Source: the human T2T-CHM13v2.0 reference genome, Homo sapiens
Direction: 5' to 3' (one strand)
NCBI RefSeq assembly: GCF_009914755.1
Contig: NC_060939.1
Length of the DNA stretch: 64,000 bases
Position numbers and translations under genes: made by a program. The notes beneath the pieces were generated by a model. That model saw nothing but the letters and a program-made list of their open reading frames with translations. It was not told the origin of the DNA and made no database searches. Numbering within the stretch: the first letter of the stretch is position 1; each line of letters begins with the position of its first letter. Below, one piece after another: positions 13,740 to 25,350 of the stretch.

Positions 13740-14835
13740 CCTTGCCACCTACTCTAGCTTCCCTCCTTTTGCCCAGGACACATGATCTGTGCTCTCCTGG
13801 AAGGCCCAGGCCTTCTTCCCATGGACAGACTCATCTCCTGGCCCCTGCTGAGAGCCTGGCATTAATGATTGTCCTCGCTGCCAGTAGCATCAAAATAGTG
13901 TCCGTGGGTCATTCTCACTCTTGTCTCTCCCACAGACTTTTCATTTGGATAAATGTTAAAGCCATGGATCCATTGGCTCAAACCAAAAACCTTGAAGTCA
14001 CCCTTAACTCTTGTCTCGCACACCTCACCTCTGATACATCAACAAATCCTGGCAGCTTGACCTGCAAAACCGATCCAGGATCTAACTACTGGGCATCAAC
14101 CATGATGCTTTCACCCTGGTCTACATGGGTGTCATCTCTCACCTCCATTATTAGGAGTCCCCATCCAGCCTTCCTGCTTCAGTGTTGCCTCTTCTGGTGG
14201 TGTCTTGTCCTCAACATAGCAGCCAGCATATACCTTCTTGGCACAGATCCCTCCAGGGGCTCCTGTCTCCCTGGACAGCATAGGAACTGAAGTCCTCGAA
14301 GTGGCCTTGGATTCAATTCCCTCCTTGCCTGGCTCCTTTTTCCTCTCCCCTCCCCTCTGTTCTTTGTTTCCTGGCTGCACTCACTGTCCACTTGTTGGGT
14401 GACACACATGTCACCCGAGCCCGTGCCCCCCCCTCAGGGCCTTTGCACTGGCTGCTCTCCCTGCCAGGAAGACTCGTCCCTAAGAACCACTTGATTTCCC
14501 CCTTACTTCTCACTGATCTCTTCCTAAAGGTCAACTCTTCATTGAGTCTTCTTTGAGCTCCGATGTACTGTCCCAAACCCTCTCCTCCACCTCCAGCCCA
14601 CTCTGTTCTCTTTATCCTGTTTCATTTTTCTCCCAAAGGCTTCTCACCATGTAACCCGCTTTGTGTTCACTCATCTATCTGTTCATTGGTTCTGAGTCTT
14701 CATCACCCTTAGAATGTGTGCACAGTGTGGGGGACAGGGCTCCAGGTGCATTCGGTCACTGCCGTACCCACAGCCCCTAGTTCACTGTCTCACCTGTAGT
14801 GGGCACCAAAGAACTTTTGCCGAATGAGAGAATGA
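13740..14835 (+). mobile_element. L2 (L2a-like) 3' portion
   Basis: ORF 13742-14290 contains the L2 RT-like AQTKNLEVTLNS; GGCCTTTGCACTGGCTGCTCTCCCTGCCAGGAA motif; GAATGAGAGAATGAA tail. Confidence 0.75.
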
Positions 14836-15474
14836 AGCAAAAACTCAAGGTGAACCTTGAGGTGCTTGGGTAGCGTGACACAACATAAAGCCATCTCCTG
14901 AATGGCCGTGCAGCACTTTCGTACTGTGTGTATAAGGCCAGGCTCCGGAGAATGAGGCAAGTGCTTCCCTTTTTAATTAAAGTTGGACGTTTGCCATGCC
15001 CTCTAAGGAACAACGCTGCTGTTGACATTTTTCTTACAGAGAGAAATGCATGTTATGGAGAGGTCTCTCTCCCTGGTGCCTATCTTCCTTAGCCCTCAGT
15101 AAGTGACTGGTCTTCAGCAATGTATATGATTTGGCAATTTTATTTAAAGGATGGTGGTTTCCAAGAAAAATGTAACTGGATTATTACTTCCAGTATGGAA
15201 TTCAGATGCTCCACAAATAAACATCCTTGCTTCAGAGGGTGTCACCAGAGACCTCTAAATTTATTTCAAGCACAGCTAATTTTAATTAAGGCTTACATTT
15301 GCAGAAGCATCTGCAGCTTCATTTGTTTGAAAACTCACCTTTTAACTCACCTCCTCTTGGAGCAACCTACTCTGTGGAAGGTATTAAACTGGGCCAGGTG
15401 AGGGGACCCAGAAATACATAACCCAGTTTCTACCTTTAAGCCATTTATGATCAGGCTGTGTAATTAACACGTTT

Positions 15475-15693
15475 AGAAGAAGGAGGCGGAGGAGAAGAAG
15501 AAGGAAAAGAGGAGGAGAAGGAGGAGGAGGAAAAAAGGAGGAAAAATGGAGGAGGAGTTGGAGGAGGTGGAGGAGGAGAAGGAAAAGAGGCGGAGGAGAA
15601 GGAGGAAGAGGAGGAGGAAGAGGAGGAGAGGAGGAAAGGAGGAGGAGAGGAGGAAAGGAGGAGGAGGAGGAGGAAAAGAGGAGGAGGAGGAAA
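15475..15693. repeat. (GGA)n/GA-rich polypurine tract, ~220 bp
   Basis: Almost pure purine on the + strand; source of the spurious E/R/K-rich ORF 15546-15827. Confidence 0.95.
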
Positions 15694-16684
15694 TTAAAAT
15701 AGCAAGAACAAGTATCTCCCCAGGGATATTACAGATGACAGCTGGTGGTCAGATAGTAGAGGCCAGACGTGGGAGAAATCTCTGCTTTAAAGAAATGGGA
15801 GAGAAGGAGAGGCACAAATTCTCCTAAACGTGAAGATCTGGGAGCACTGGCATTTCTGAGTATTTTGTCATTAATGTTTACTTTTAGGTGCCTACCGATT
15901 GAGAAACATGCTGGATTCCCTTAGAAGGTGTGCCCTCATAAAGCTGGGTGATAACATTTATCTGGAAAGCGGCACCTGTAGATGATGTAGCAGTTGTAAC
16001 ACTGTCTCCCAACTGAATTTTTAAGGGCTCACAAGAATCCTGGGTTTAAAACAAACCTTAACAGTCATCTAGCCAGTGCCTGTGTCTCTCTGCTCCCCGC
16101 CCCCACCCAGTGTTTCAGTCTGGAAGCCCTGGCATTTCTATTCATGTCCACAGCATGGACATGAGGAACTCAGGAGTCACCAGAGCAAGCTTGGATGCTG
16201 CCCAGAGGCCACTTCTAAGCAACCTTCCATTGATTGCTGTTCTTGTGTTCCCTGGCTGGGGACCAGCCTGGCTTGACCCAGCACGATAATGGACATGCAC
16301 AAGTGAAGCTGGGTACTGAAGGCTCTCAGGGCCAGGGTTCTGAGGGGGGTGCAAATGTGGGCCGGGGGCAGAGAGCCATAAAAACGGCTCTAGCAATGGG
16401 TTTTTCTCCTCCCGAGTTTCATGTTGCTGAATTCCTGTCCAGAAAATCTGAATCCACATAATCTTTTCTCTAGGGTATTTAAACTCTGCAAATGATACAT
16501 TTTCTGTTTATTAAAAATGGAAAAGGCAGAAAGGTAAAAAAAAGAAAAAAACTCTCCTTGACCTCCAGTTTGTTGGTTTTGTTATTCTTTCTCCCAGTTG
16601 CCCTTGATTTTGATCATTCAGAAACGTGAGGGAGGAGAAAGAGGCTTCATCTCTCTGTTCACCTCTTCATGTTCCGAGGAGGAA

Positions 16685-16734
16685 GCAGCTGGTTCCTCTG
16701 CAGCCGGTTCCTCTGCAGCCAGTTTTCTCTGCAG
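16685..16734. repeat. Tandem repeat, ~3 copies of a 15-bp unit GCAGCCGGTTCCTCT
   Basis: Read directly. Confidence 0.85.
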
Positions 16735-17269
16735 ATTAGTTTTTATCATTTTGAGAGGGTTGTCAGACATAATCTGATTTAATCTATGAGAAAAAAATGA
16801 CAGAAGCCATTTCAGTTTCTGAAGAGACATTTGAACCATCCAGAGACTTACATTTGCTTTTAAAACATCTGTCTTCTGTCATTTTGCAATTGTGACCATT
16901 CTCCTGGCATTTGATGTCCCAGCCTTCCTGGGTCCTTCTCTAACTTTAACCTCCTAATTCTAATTATGGTACTAATAGCATTCACACCATAGATGATAAG
17001 ATTTTAAGCTGTTATTTTTTCTAAAATATTTACCTTTTTAATTTCTGCATTCATCATCACTTGATCTCTGACACATGGAAATGCCACGCTTCCTGTTTAC
17101 AGACAAGCCGGCTAGTGGCTTGCTTAGGGCTGTGACGGCATCTCAAGGTGAAGAGCGATGTGTCAATCATTATGTCTCACCAAGAGAAGAAAGCGTCAGG
17201 GTCAGTGGGGTGGAAAGGCTGCTTTCCTCCACTAACAAAATAATGGACGGGAATAATTTTGAAAAGATC

Positions 17270-18176
17270 AGTGTTTTCTGACATCAAACGTGTGATGACT
17301 TTTCTAGCACCAACAACCAATTTTCCACCAGCAACTGGGGGTCCACCAATTCAATTCATTTCTCACATTATCTACCTGGAGTTGCATCAGATCCCACAGG
17401 TTAAAGGGCTCAGTCTCACTTCAGATACCAGCTGCAAATGGTGTACCCAGGCTACCCACATGTCTAGCAGGTGACTGAAAATTCGAGGGTTCCCATACCC
17501 TTCTCCCCCAGGTTCAATAACTTTCTAAGATGACTGACAGAGCTCAGGAAAATACTTTGCTTACTTAATAAAATTTTAAATAATATACAAACTTATTTAA
17601 TATATTTATAAATAAAATATATTTATTAAATAAATATTTAATATCTACTTATATAAAATACCCTGGAGAAAAGATTACATGGATTCAGAGTTTCAGAACA
17701 GGAATTCAGCAACATGAAACTCGGGAAGAGAAAAACCCATGACTTAGGTTTATTGGCTTATTCTAAAGGATGCAGCTCAGGAACCAAGTGGAAGGACGCA
17801 GCGGACAGGGCGTCGTGGCCGCAAGGGTGCGCGGAGCTGTTGTCGTAACTTCTCGCCAGTGGCCACCTTCCCTGCAAGTGGATGTGCTGACCAAGAGTGT
17901 TTATAACCCCGTCTCGAGCCCCTTTCTCACCCCTCCCCAGAGCTGTGAGTGCAATGGGCAGAAAGCTCTTTACTCCAGTCACTAGGTGACCAGCCCCCAT
18001 GAAAGCTATCTAGGTGCCCAACCCTAAGTCACCTCATCAGCGTAAACTCAGGCCTCAGGCATGGTCAGAAGGGGCTCTGTATGAATCACAAAAGACACTC
18101 CTCTCACTCAGGAAATTCCCAGGGCTTTGGAAGCTCTGTGCCAGGAAAACCAAATCTATTTTCTTATTATACCATA
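17270..18176 (-). mobile_element. MER21-type LTR with an internal AT-rich segment (17564-17660)
   Basis: TATCTACCTGGAGTTGCATCAGATCCCACAGGTTAAAGGGCTCAGTC and CAGGAAATTCCCAGGGCTTTGGAAGCTCTGTGCCAGGAA are MER21 hallmarks. Confidence 0.8.
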
Positions 18177-19148
18177 ATGTATTTTTTTAATGAAAGATAA
18201 CTTTCCTTTTTCCTCCCTCCCTTCCCCTCTCTCATCCCTTTCCCCTCCTCCGCCCTCCCTCAATGCTTCCATGCCACTAGCATCCACACACATTTAGAGT
18301 TTCCTGTGGGCTCGAAGCAGCACAAATAGGGCCCAGGTGCCAGAGCCATGGAAGAATTGGGATTCCCCCAGTGCCTTTTAGATCAATGGCCCCTTCCTCC
18401 CTTCCCTTCAGTGTCCCCTCACAACTCCACACACTCTTCTTTTGAAGATTTAATGAGAAGGAATCTCACAAAAGGAGGGAGAGAAGGAAGAGCACACACT
18501 CCTCTAAATGTGATTGTCTGGGAGTCTAGGTTCATTGACGCTTCTTTTCAGATCCCCACTCTGTGGAAAACGTGTCAGGTGCTGTCTACAAAGATTTTGT
18601 CTGATGCCCCCTGTTCCCGAGGGACCTAGGAACCAAGTGCTTTCAGAGAACAACCTTTTTTCTAGAAGTTTGTTGTTTGTAGGGCCTTATTCCATATCCA
18701 TTCTTGGGAAACCGTCATGGGAGCCTGTGGGGGTTGCTGGTGGGGCCCCCGGGCTCAGGATTGTGGACCTGGGCTCCAGGGCACACAGCATGAGGTTCCC
18801 ACTGCATGTTGGCACTCAGTCTTCCCCACCCTTGGCTGCAGCTATGTTATGACTGTTACTACAGCTCCCAAGTCCAGCAGGATTTTGTAAAATGGGGAAA
18901 TCTCTCTCTCTTTTTTTAAGCCACCATTCATCACTTGCCTGCCAGGGCCATATGACTTTAATCTGCTGCTGCACACATTATCTCATCTCATCCTGTGAGG
19001 CAGGGTACATGTAAGGAAACTGCAGTTCAGAGACAATGATTTACCTGAACAAGCTCACGCCGCTAGTCTCTGCCAGACCCTTGGTGCAAACCCAGGTCTG
19101 TCTGATGCGGATGCTTTTGGCAGCTCCCCCTACCTTTTCTGCCACTAC

Positions 19149-19685
19149 GGTTACCTGAAAAGGGTTCCGATCCAGACCCCAAGAGAGGGTTCTTGGATCT
19201 AGTGTGAGAAAGAATTCAGGGCGTGAAAGTAAGTTTATTAGGAAAGTAGAGGAATAAAAGAATGGCTACTCCATAGAGAGAGCAGCCCCGAAGGCTGCTG
19301 GTTGCCCATTTTTATGGTTATTTCTTGATAGGCTGAACAAGGGGTGGATTATTCATGCCTCTCTTTTTTAGACCATGTAAGGTAACTTCCTGATGTTGCC
19401 TTGGCATTTCTAAACTGTCATGGAGCTGGTGGGAGTGTAGCCATGAGGATGACCAGAGGTCACTCTCGTGGCCATCTTGGTTTTGGTGGGATTCAGCCGG
19501 CTTCTTTACTGCAACCTGTTTTATCAGCAAGGTCTTTATGGCCTGTATCTTGTGCCAACTTCCTGTCTCATCCTGTGACTTAGAATGCCTAACCATCTGG
19601 GAATGCAGCCCAGTAGGAGGTTTCAGCCCTGCTTTACCCAGCTCCTATTTAAGATGGAGTTTCCCTGGTTTAAATGCCTCTGACA
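19149..19685 (-). mobile_element. MER41A solo LTR (ERV1)
   Basis: Sense starts TGTCAGAGGCATTTAAACCAGG; ends AAGAACCCTCTCTTGGGGTCTGGATCGG; GAGGCATGAATAATCCACCCC junction lacks the MER41B tandem-GAS segment. Confidence 0.9.
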
Positions 19686-20779
19686 CAATGGTCAGCCTGG
19701 TTTGGGGCAAGGGAAAACAGCAGATGGGCAGCAGCATCAGGGAGATTGAGCCAGAAGAACCAGCTCTGGTAGAACCCAAAGATCAGTTTGCTTAAAGTCA
19801 AATAACACAGGTAAGCCCTGACCCAGTGACTGACTAAAACATCCTAGCTTTCTGAACCCTGGCGTCCTCTTGTAAATGGAAGCAGTCATATCACTGACCC
19901 CCCCGAACTATGGTGAGTCTGCTATGGTGAGTCTGGACATACACAGGACACTGGACTAGCATAAAGGCTGTGATCTGGCCGGGGAGGGGATGAGCCCGTG
20001 GTTTACGCAGTGGGGTGTGCGGGGTGTGGGGAGGCAGCGTACAGCTCTGGCTGTGCCTTGGACGAGGTCTGGGTTTGACCATCCAAGCACTCCCATTCCC
20101 ATTCCCAGTTCCTGTCTCCCCTCCCTCTCTGGCCATCATTCAGCAGGCAGAGGAGAAGGAGAGAAGTGCCTTGGCCTACCATGCCCACTTTCCAGGGCAG
20201 TTCGTGGAATCTTGGGGCCCTGACCTGTGTGGTAATAATGGTGAACGTGACTGGCTCTGTGATAATTAGTGACCGACACAGAGAAGCATCCCAGGGTGAG
20301 ATGCAAGACTGTGGCACAGAAAGCACAGGTGTTGGCTGTGGCAGGGCCTTGTGCCCAGGGCAAGGGAGAGAAATGAAGGGAAGCACAGGGCAGAGGTGCC
20401 AAGTTGGAGCAAGCTGCAGGAAGCATGGCTTGGTTGGTGCCCAGGCATTCCTGGAAGACAACTAGGACAAGACCCACCATTCCTGGGTGTGCCCCTCCTG
20501 TCCCCTCCCCAACCACTTCCATCTCATTAGAGACCCCAGCAGGCAGCTGTCGATCCTGAATGCCCCAGAGGATACTTCTGCACATCACCCATTAACACAT
20601 CCTCATTCCTGGAGGTCCCTGGCTGCAAAATGATGTCACTCACCTGGATAGTTCCTCTCCTTTGATGTCAGATTAGATCCTTCCAGACTTGGGACCATCT
20701 TTCTGGATGCTGCCTGCCCTCCTCAGAGAATGGTTGGTCTGGGACATGCCCTTTGCTTCCCTTGTTGTATCAATAGCTC

Positions 20780-21100
20780 TAGGCCCACAGCCCCTCATCT
20801 GCAATTCCCAAATCTCAGCAGCTCTGAAAATTTTTCCCCCTCCTTTGATGTTGTTTTCGTAACTTTGCGTCAAATTATTTTGGTCTAAAATCAAATTGAA
20901 ATCTATGTGAATTGAGGCATTTATTTGTCTCACTTAGTGCAAATAGGCATGTTTTGCTGCAGAAATTACCATGTATTTGATTGTGAGGAGCCACCCTGGT
21001 CCCAGGTTGGGGTGGTGCATCACATACCTTTCTGGATCTTGGAAAGCCTGAGCTTCAGAGCATGGGTGGTACCAGGGGGACAGAATACAGGATAATGGTG
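20780..21100. mobile_element. Old TcMar/Tigger-type non-autonomous element (subfamily uncertain)
   Basis: TGCAATTCCCAAATC...GCTCTGAAAA and TTTTGCTGCAGAAATTACCATGTATTTGATT resemble an ancient Tigger-like MITE. Confidence 0.4.
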
Positions 21101-21924
21101 CAATTATAGGAGCTTCTGGGCTCATACTTGTCAGCCCTGAGCCTCCTGTGGGGTGGTGCTGGTTATGTGGCAGCTGCAGGTGGGATCCCACCCGAGCATC
21201 CTCTGCAGAGCTTGTGGGCTCCAGGAAGGGCTGTTTAGCACCTGATCCTCGGAGGGATGACCCCAGACGTGGGTATTCCTCTGGCAAAAGTCACTCGATA
21301 ACCTCAATTAAGGCCTGGCCGTGAGCTTGTGTGAGTGCTTCCTGAGTCTTCACCTGCCTCCTTTCGTCCTGACTCTGCGTTTCACCATCAGGGCTCAGGA
21401 TTTGCATTGTCGGGTGTCGGAAGCACTATCCCTGTGACAAAATAAAAATTCAAATCTGAAAACATTCCTTTAGAAATTCTGAGAGGTTCCCATGCAGCTG
21501 CACAGTATTGCTTTATGGAAATAAATATTCCACATTTCTCCAGCCTGGTTCTTAGTCCAGTGGAAATAAGTGAATTCCTTTTTTCGAAGTATTCTTACAG
21601 TGAAAACTTCTAAGGCAAAACAGTTATTCATTTGGCTAGAAGTAACCCATCTACTGCAGGAGGAGAAGGCTCGGGGACATGCAGAGGGTTGGAATTAACT
21701 TTAATGATACCATCTGAATGTGTTCATGGTGACAGCAGAACCTTAAATGTGAGTTTTATGCTCTTCACAGTCATTTTGGAAAGGATTTTTGAATTCCCAT
21801 TTTCATTATATTTTATAAATAGCAATTCAGTTATAATAAATGTCTGGAATTCTCTTTGGTTTTGCACTTACCTAATAATCGCTTATGAGAAATATTAGTA
21901 GCCAAGGAAGTGAAGTGCTGCTAA

Positions 21925-22053
<129 letters not shown>

Positions 22054-22389
22054 TAAGCATATTGAACAAAGGAAAAAAATGATTTTATGCTTGCATACAT
22101 GTAGCTATCACGTATATTTGAATATTTCACAGAGATGCTGGATATGTTATCTATGATCTGGGGCCACTGCTCCCTACACGGCTTTCCGAGCGGCCAGGCC
22201 TTTGAGAAGCAGCTCTGTCCCTGTAAGCCAGCATTCCCTGGTTTGGCATGCACACGTGCACACGCTGGCTAGCCTGCTACTTAAGACGCCCATGAAGTTG
22301 TATGTTCTCGGGGCCTAGTGTTGTTTCTGTGCATATTGGCACATGGAGTATTCTTGCATAAGGCAGTACCTTTGTTCTCTGAATGGCAG

Positions 22390-22516
22390 CAGTTATGACC
22401 AACAGCAGGAAGTGCTGGCCTATGGGATGCACTGCTGGAGCCCACAGTTTGGACCCACATCCTCGTCTATGTTCCCTGTTGTGCATTGGAGAGTTCTGTG
22501 GCAGAGATGGCTGCAG
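22390..22516 (+). other. CHRNA7: Alternative cassette exon after exon 4 ('exon 4a'), 127 nt (from 22390) or 124 nt (from 22393)
   Basis: Pyrimidine tract CCTTTGTTCTCT, tandem acceptor CAGCAG (22387-22392), donor CAG|GTGAGC at 22517. The lengths match the 124-127 nt insertion after exon 4 that I recall from human brain cDNA work. Confidence 0.8.
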
Positions 22517-23219
22517 GTGAGCGTGAGGACTGTCATCTCTAGCTGCATGCAGAAACTTCCCCTGCAGGGTATATACCTGATTTCTAATAGTCTTTCTCCT
22601 GAGGTCAGGAAATAAGGGACACGTCGGTAAACCAAGACAGTCTGACTTGCAGACCAGATGCCTAAAAGGCAATTATTCAGGCAGGGTAAGTTTCTAGAAG
22701 CAGTAAAATTTCTCGTTAAACTGCATAGTCAAATAAGGGATCCCAGAACATTTCTGACTAATAAGGTGTCAGACCTCATAAATAACATCATGAAAAGAAA
22801 GTTATTTCCTAATCATGACCGCTACCTTTGGTCATGAAGAAGGAAGCCCAGGCTTTCCTGATGCAGGGAACAGTGTGACCAAATTGCCCTCCATGGTCAC
22901 TCGGTGATCCCGCTGGACAAGCAATGTGTTGTCCTACATGGCTACTTCCAGAAGGCTGGGCGATGCTATTTCTTGTATGGACTTTTCATTCTGCCTCTGT
23001 CTTTGCATCTGGGGGCCGGCCACATTTCACTTGAATCATTGGGCCCGTTTCTAGAAGAGTATCCTCTTCTCATTTGCTGCCACTTTTCTGCTTCTCAAAT
23101 TAGTTCAGACAACTGAGCTTTGAAAAACGTCTAAAATAGGAGTAAGTGGTCCCCTGTTGAATGGATCAAACATGTGCCTTTCCATGCCTGGACTTTGGGT
23201 CTTCTGTTTCTTGGGGGGC

Positions 23220-23604
23220 TGTATTAGTTTGCCAAGGCTGCTGTAACAAAGTGCTACAGACTCAGAGCCTTAAACAATAGAAGTTACCCTGTCACAATTG
23301 TGGAGGCCAGAAGTCTGAATGAAGGTGTTGTCAGGACTGGCTTCTTCTGAGCCTCTCTCCTTGGCTGGTAGATGGCTGCCATCTCACTGGGTTCACGTGA
23401 CCTTCGCTTGTCTCTGTCCGTGCCCTAGTCTCCTCTTCCTGTAAGCACTGCAGTCAAATTAGAGTAGGGCCCCATGCTCATGACCCTCTTTTACTTTAAT
23501 TACCTTTTTAAAGGTTCTGTCTTCAAATAGAGCCACACTCTGAGGCACCAGGTATTAGGATTTCAACATGTGAGTTTGAGGGAGATGCAACTCAGTCCAT
23601 AATG
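23220..23604 (-). mobile_element. MLT1B-type MaLR LTR
   Basis: TGTATTAGTTTGCCAAGGCTGCTGTAACAAAG...GGATTTCAACATGTGAGTTTG. Confidence 0.8.
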
Positions 23605-23973
23605 AGGGCATTGTATCTGACTTTTTGAGGGCAAAGGGTCAGGGTTGAAGAAGTCTCCGTGTTAATTTTAGCTGTAATATTTACAGTCTGTATAACCTTT
23701 GAGTCTCAGATTTCTCCTTTGAAAAACGGGGAAAGTGCCGGCTTCACAGAGTTCGGAGGATCGCTCTGTGGATGTGTGTAGCACACTTAGTCTGGCACTT
23801 GGAAAAGAGCACACATTCCGTAAAGGCAGTTGTGTGTTTACAGGCAGAATGATGAGGATTCCTGCTTTTAGAACAAGATGGTAATTTAACAATTTAGAAA
23901 AAAATAATCAATGTTTTTCATTTTCCAATTCGGATTTTTTAAGTTTGAAATCAAGAATAAATTTTATAACATT

Positions 23974-24175
23974 CAGCCTGAGCAATGTACGAGACCCCCA
24001 TCTCTAACAACAATAACGACAACAACAACAACAAAATTAGCTGGGCATGGTGACCTGCACCTGTAGTGCCAGCTACTCAGGAGGCTGAGGTAGAAGGATC
24101 CCTTGAGCCCAGCAGTGAGCTTTGATTATATCACTGCTTGCCATCCTGGGTGACAGAGTGAGATGCTATCTCCAA

Positions 24176-24176
<1 letters not shown>
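23974..24176 (+). mobile_element. 5'-truncated AluJ
   Basis: GAAGGATCCCTTGAGCCCAG (J diagnostic); (AAC)n linker; tail replaced by a microsatellite. Confidence 0.85.
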
Positions 24177-24234
<58 letters not shown>

Positions 24235-24287
24235 CACATACATACATACACACACACATATACACACACACATACATACATATACAT

Positions 24288-24319
<32 letters not shown>
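24176..24319. repeat. Compound microsatellite (TA)n-(TACA/CA)n-(GA)n
   Basis: Read directly at the AluJ tail. Confidence 0.95.
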
Positions 24320-24867
24320 CACCCCACCATATTATATGTATAACATGTTGGTGGAATCTTATTAACACGGTTACAAGAGGCAGTTTATATGGCCTATGTG
24401 TAGGATCTTTAACTCCAAAATGTAAAATGTTTGATGATTCCAAATGCTCTGGCTAATGAGGAATTTCCAAGTTGTAATTGAATTTCAAGGAGCAAAGATA
24501 GAGCAGTCTCTACCTGACAAATGTTACCAGGGTCCAGGCCCTTAGAAATGATCCCCACCTCCACATGCCTGACCCAGCTGCCGGTGCAGAACCCCATCGC
24601 TCACACATCTGTTGAGCTCTACTGAAGGATCCTGCTCGTTCCTCTTTCCCATGGTGGACATAGACCACGTCCGCCAGGCTTCATCATGGAGGATGTAGAG
24701 GCTGCTTCAATTTCTGCTTTTGTTTTCCTGAGACATGGAATGTAGGACTTTCTTTTTGAAGTAACTACTAAATATATTTTGAAGTAACTGCTAAATATAT
24801 GGCCCGCAGGTCCACATGAACCCAACGTGGAATGAATAGATTTCAGAGAATATTTAAACCACTCATA

Positions 24868-25350
24868 GACACTTATCTATTGCTACAGAACAAACTCCTC
24901 AGAACTGAGTGACTTAAAGCAAACAACTCAGATTATTCCTCATGATGCCGTGGGCTGTCCAGGCCCATGTGGCTGGTTGTCTCTTTCACGTGGCATTGGG
25001 CACAGCCATGGGCTGGGGCTCCACTGGGCCGATGTGCTGAGGGGTACACTTCCACAGCGGGGCAGGTCTGGGCTGAGCTGGTGGGGACGCCGGCCCTGGC
25101 AGGAAGCTCAGCCATTCAGCTGGGGACTGTGCACCCACCCCTTCTGGGCCTTTTCCACAAGGCTCGGTGTCCCCCAGCTTGGTGGCCAGCAGTGCTCTGA
25201 CAGGAAGGAAGGAGAGGCTGCTGGGACTCTTAAGGACTGAGCGTGAGGGTCCCGCAACAGCCCTTCTCCACATTCTGTTGGTCAGAGTAGGCAGGAGCCC
25301 AGCTTGGAGTCAAGAAAGGGGAAATCAGCACCCCTATCTAGGGCAAGAGG
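24868..25350 (-). mobile_element. Old MLT1 (H/J/K-like) MaLR LTR
   Basis: TTATCTATTGCTACAGAACAAACTCCTCAGAACTGAGTGACTTAAAGCAA start. Confidence 0.6.

Noticed and set aside
13742-14290. 182-aa ORF
   Set aside because: Lies within an L2 remnant and starts at a non-ATG codon.
15546-15827. 93-aa E/R/K-rich ORF resembling a protamine or NLS protein
   Set aside because: It is the translation of the (GGA)n low-complexity tract, with no gene structure.
19149-19685. IFN-gamma/STAT1-inducible MER41 enhancer
   Set aside because: This copy is MER41A-type and lacks the tandem GAS segment of MER41B.
24122-24456. ORFs with IY/HT/VC repeats
   Set aside because: Translations of the compound microsatellite.
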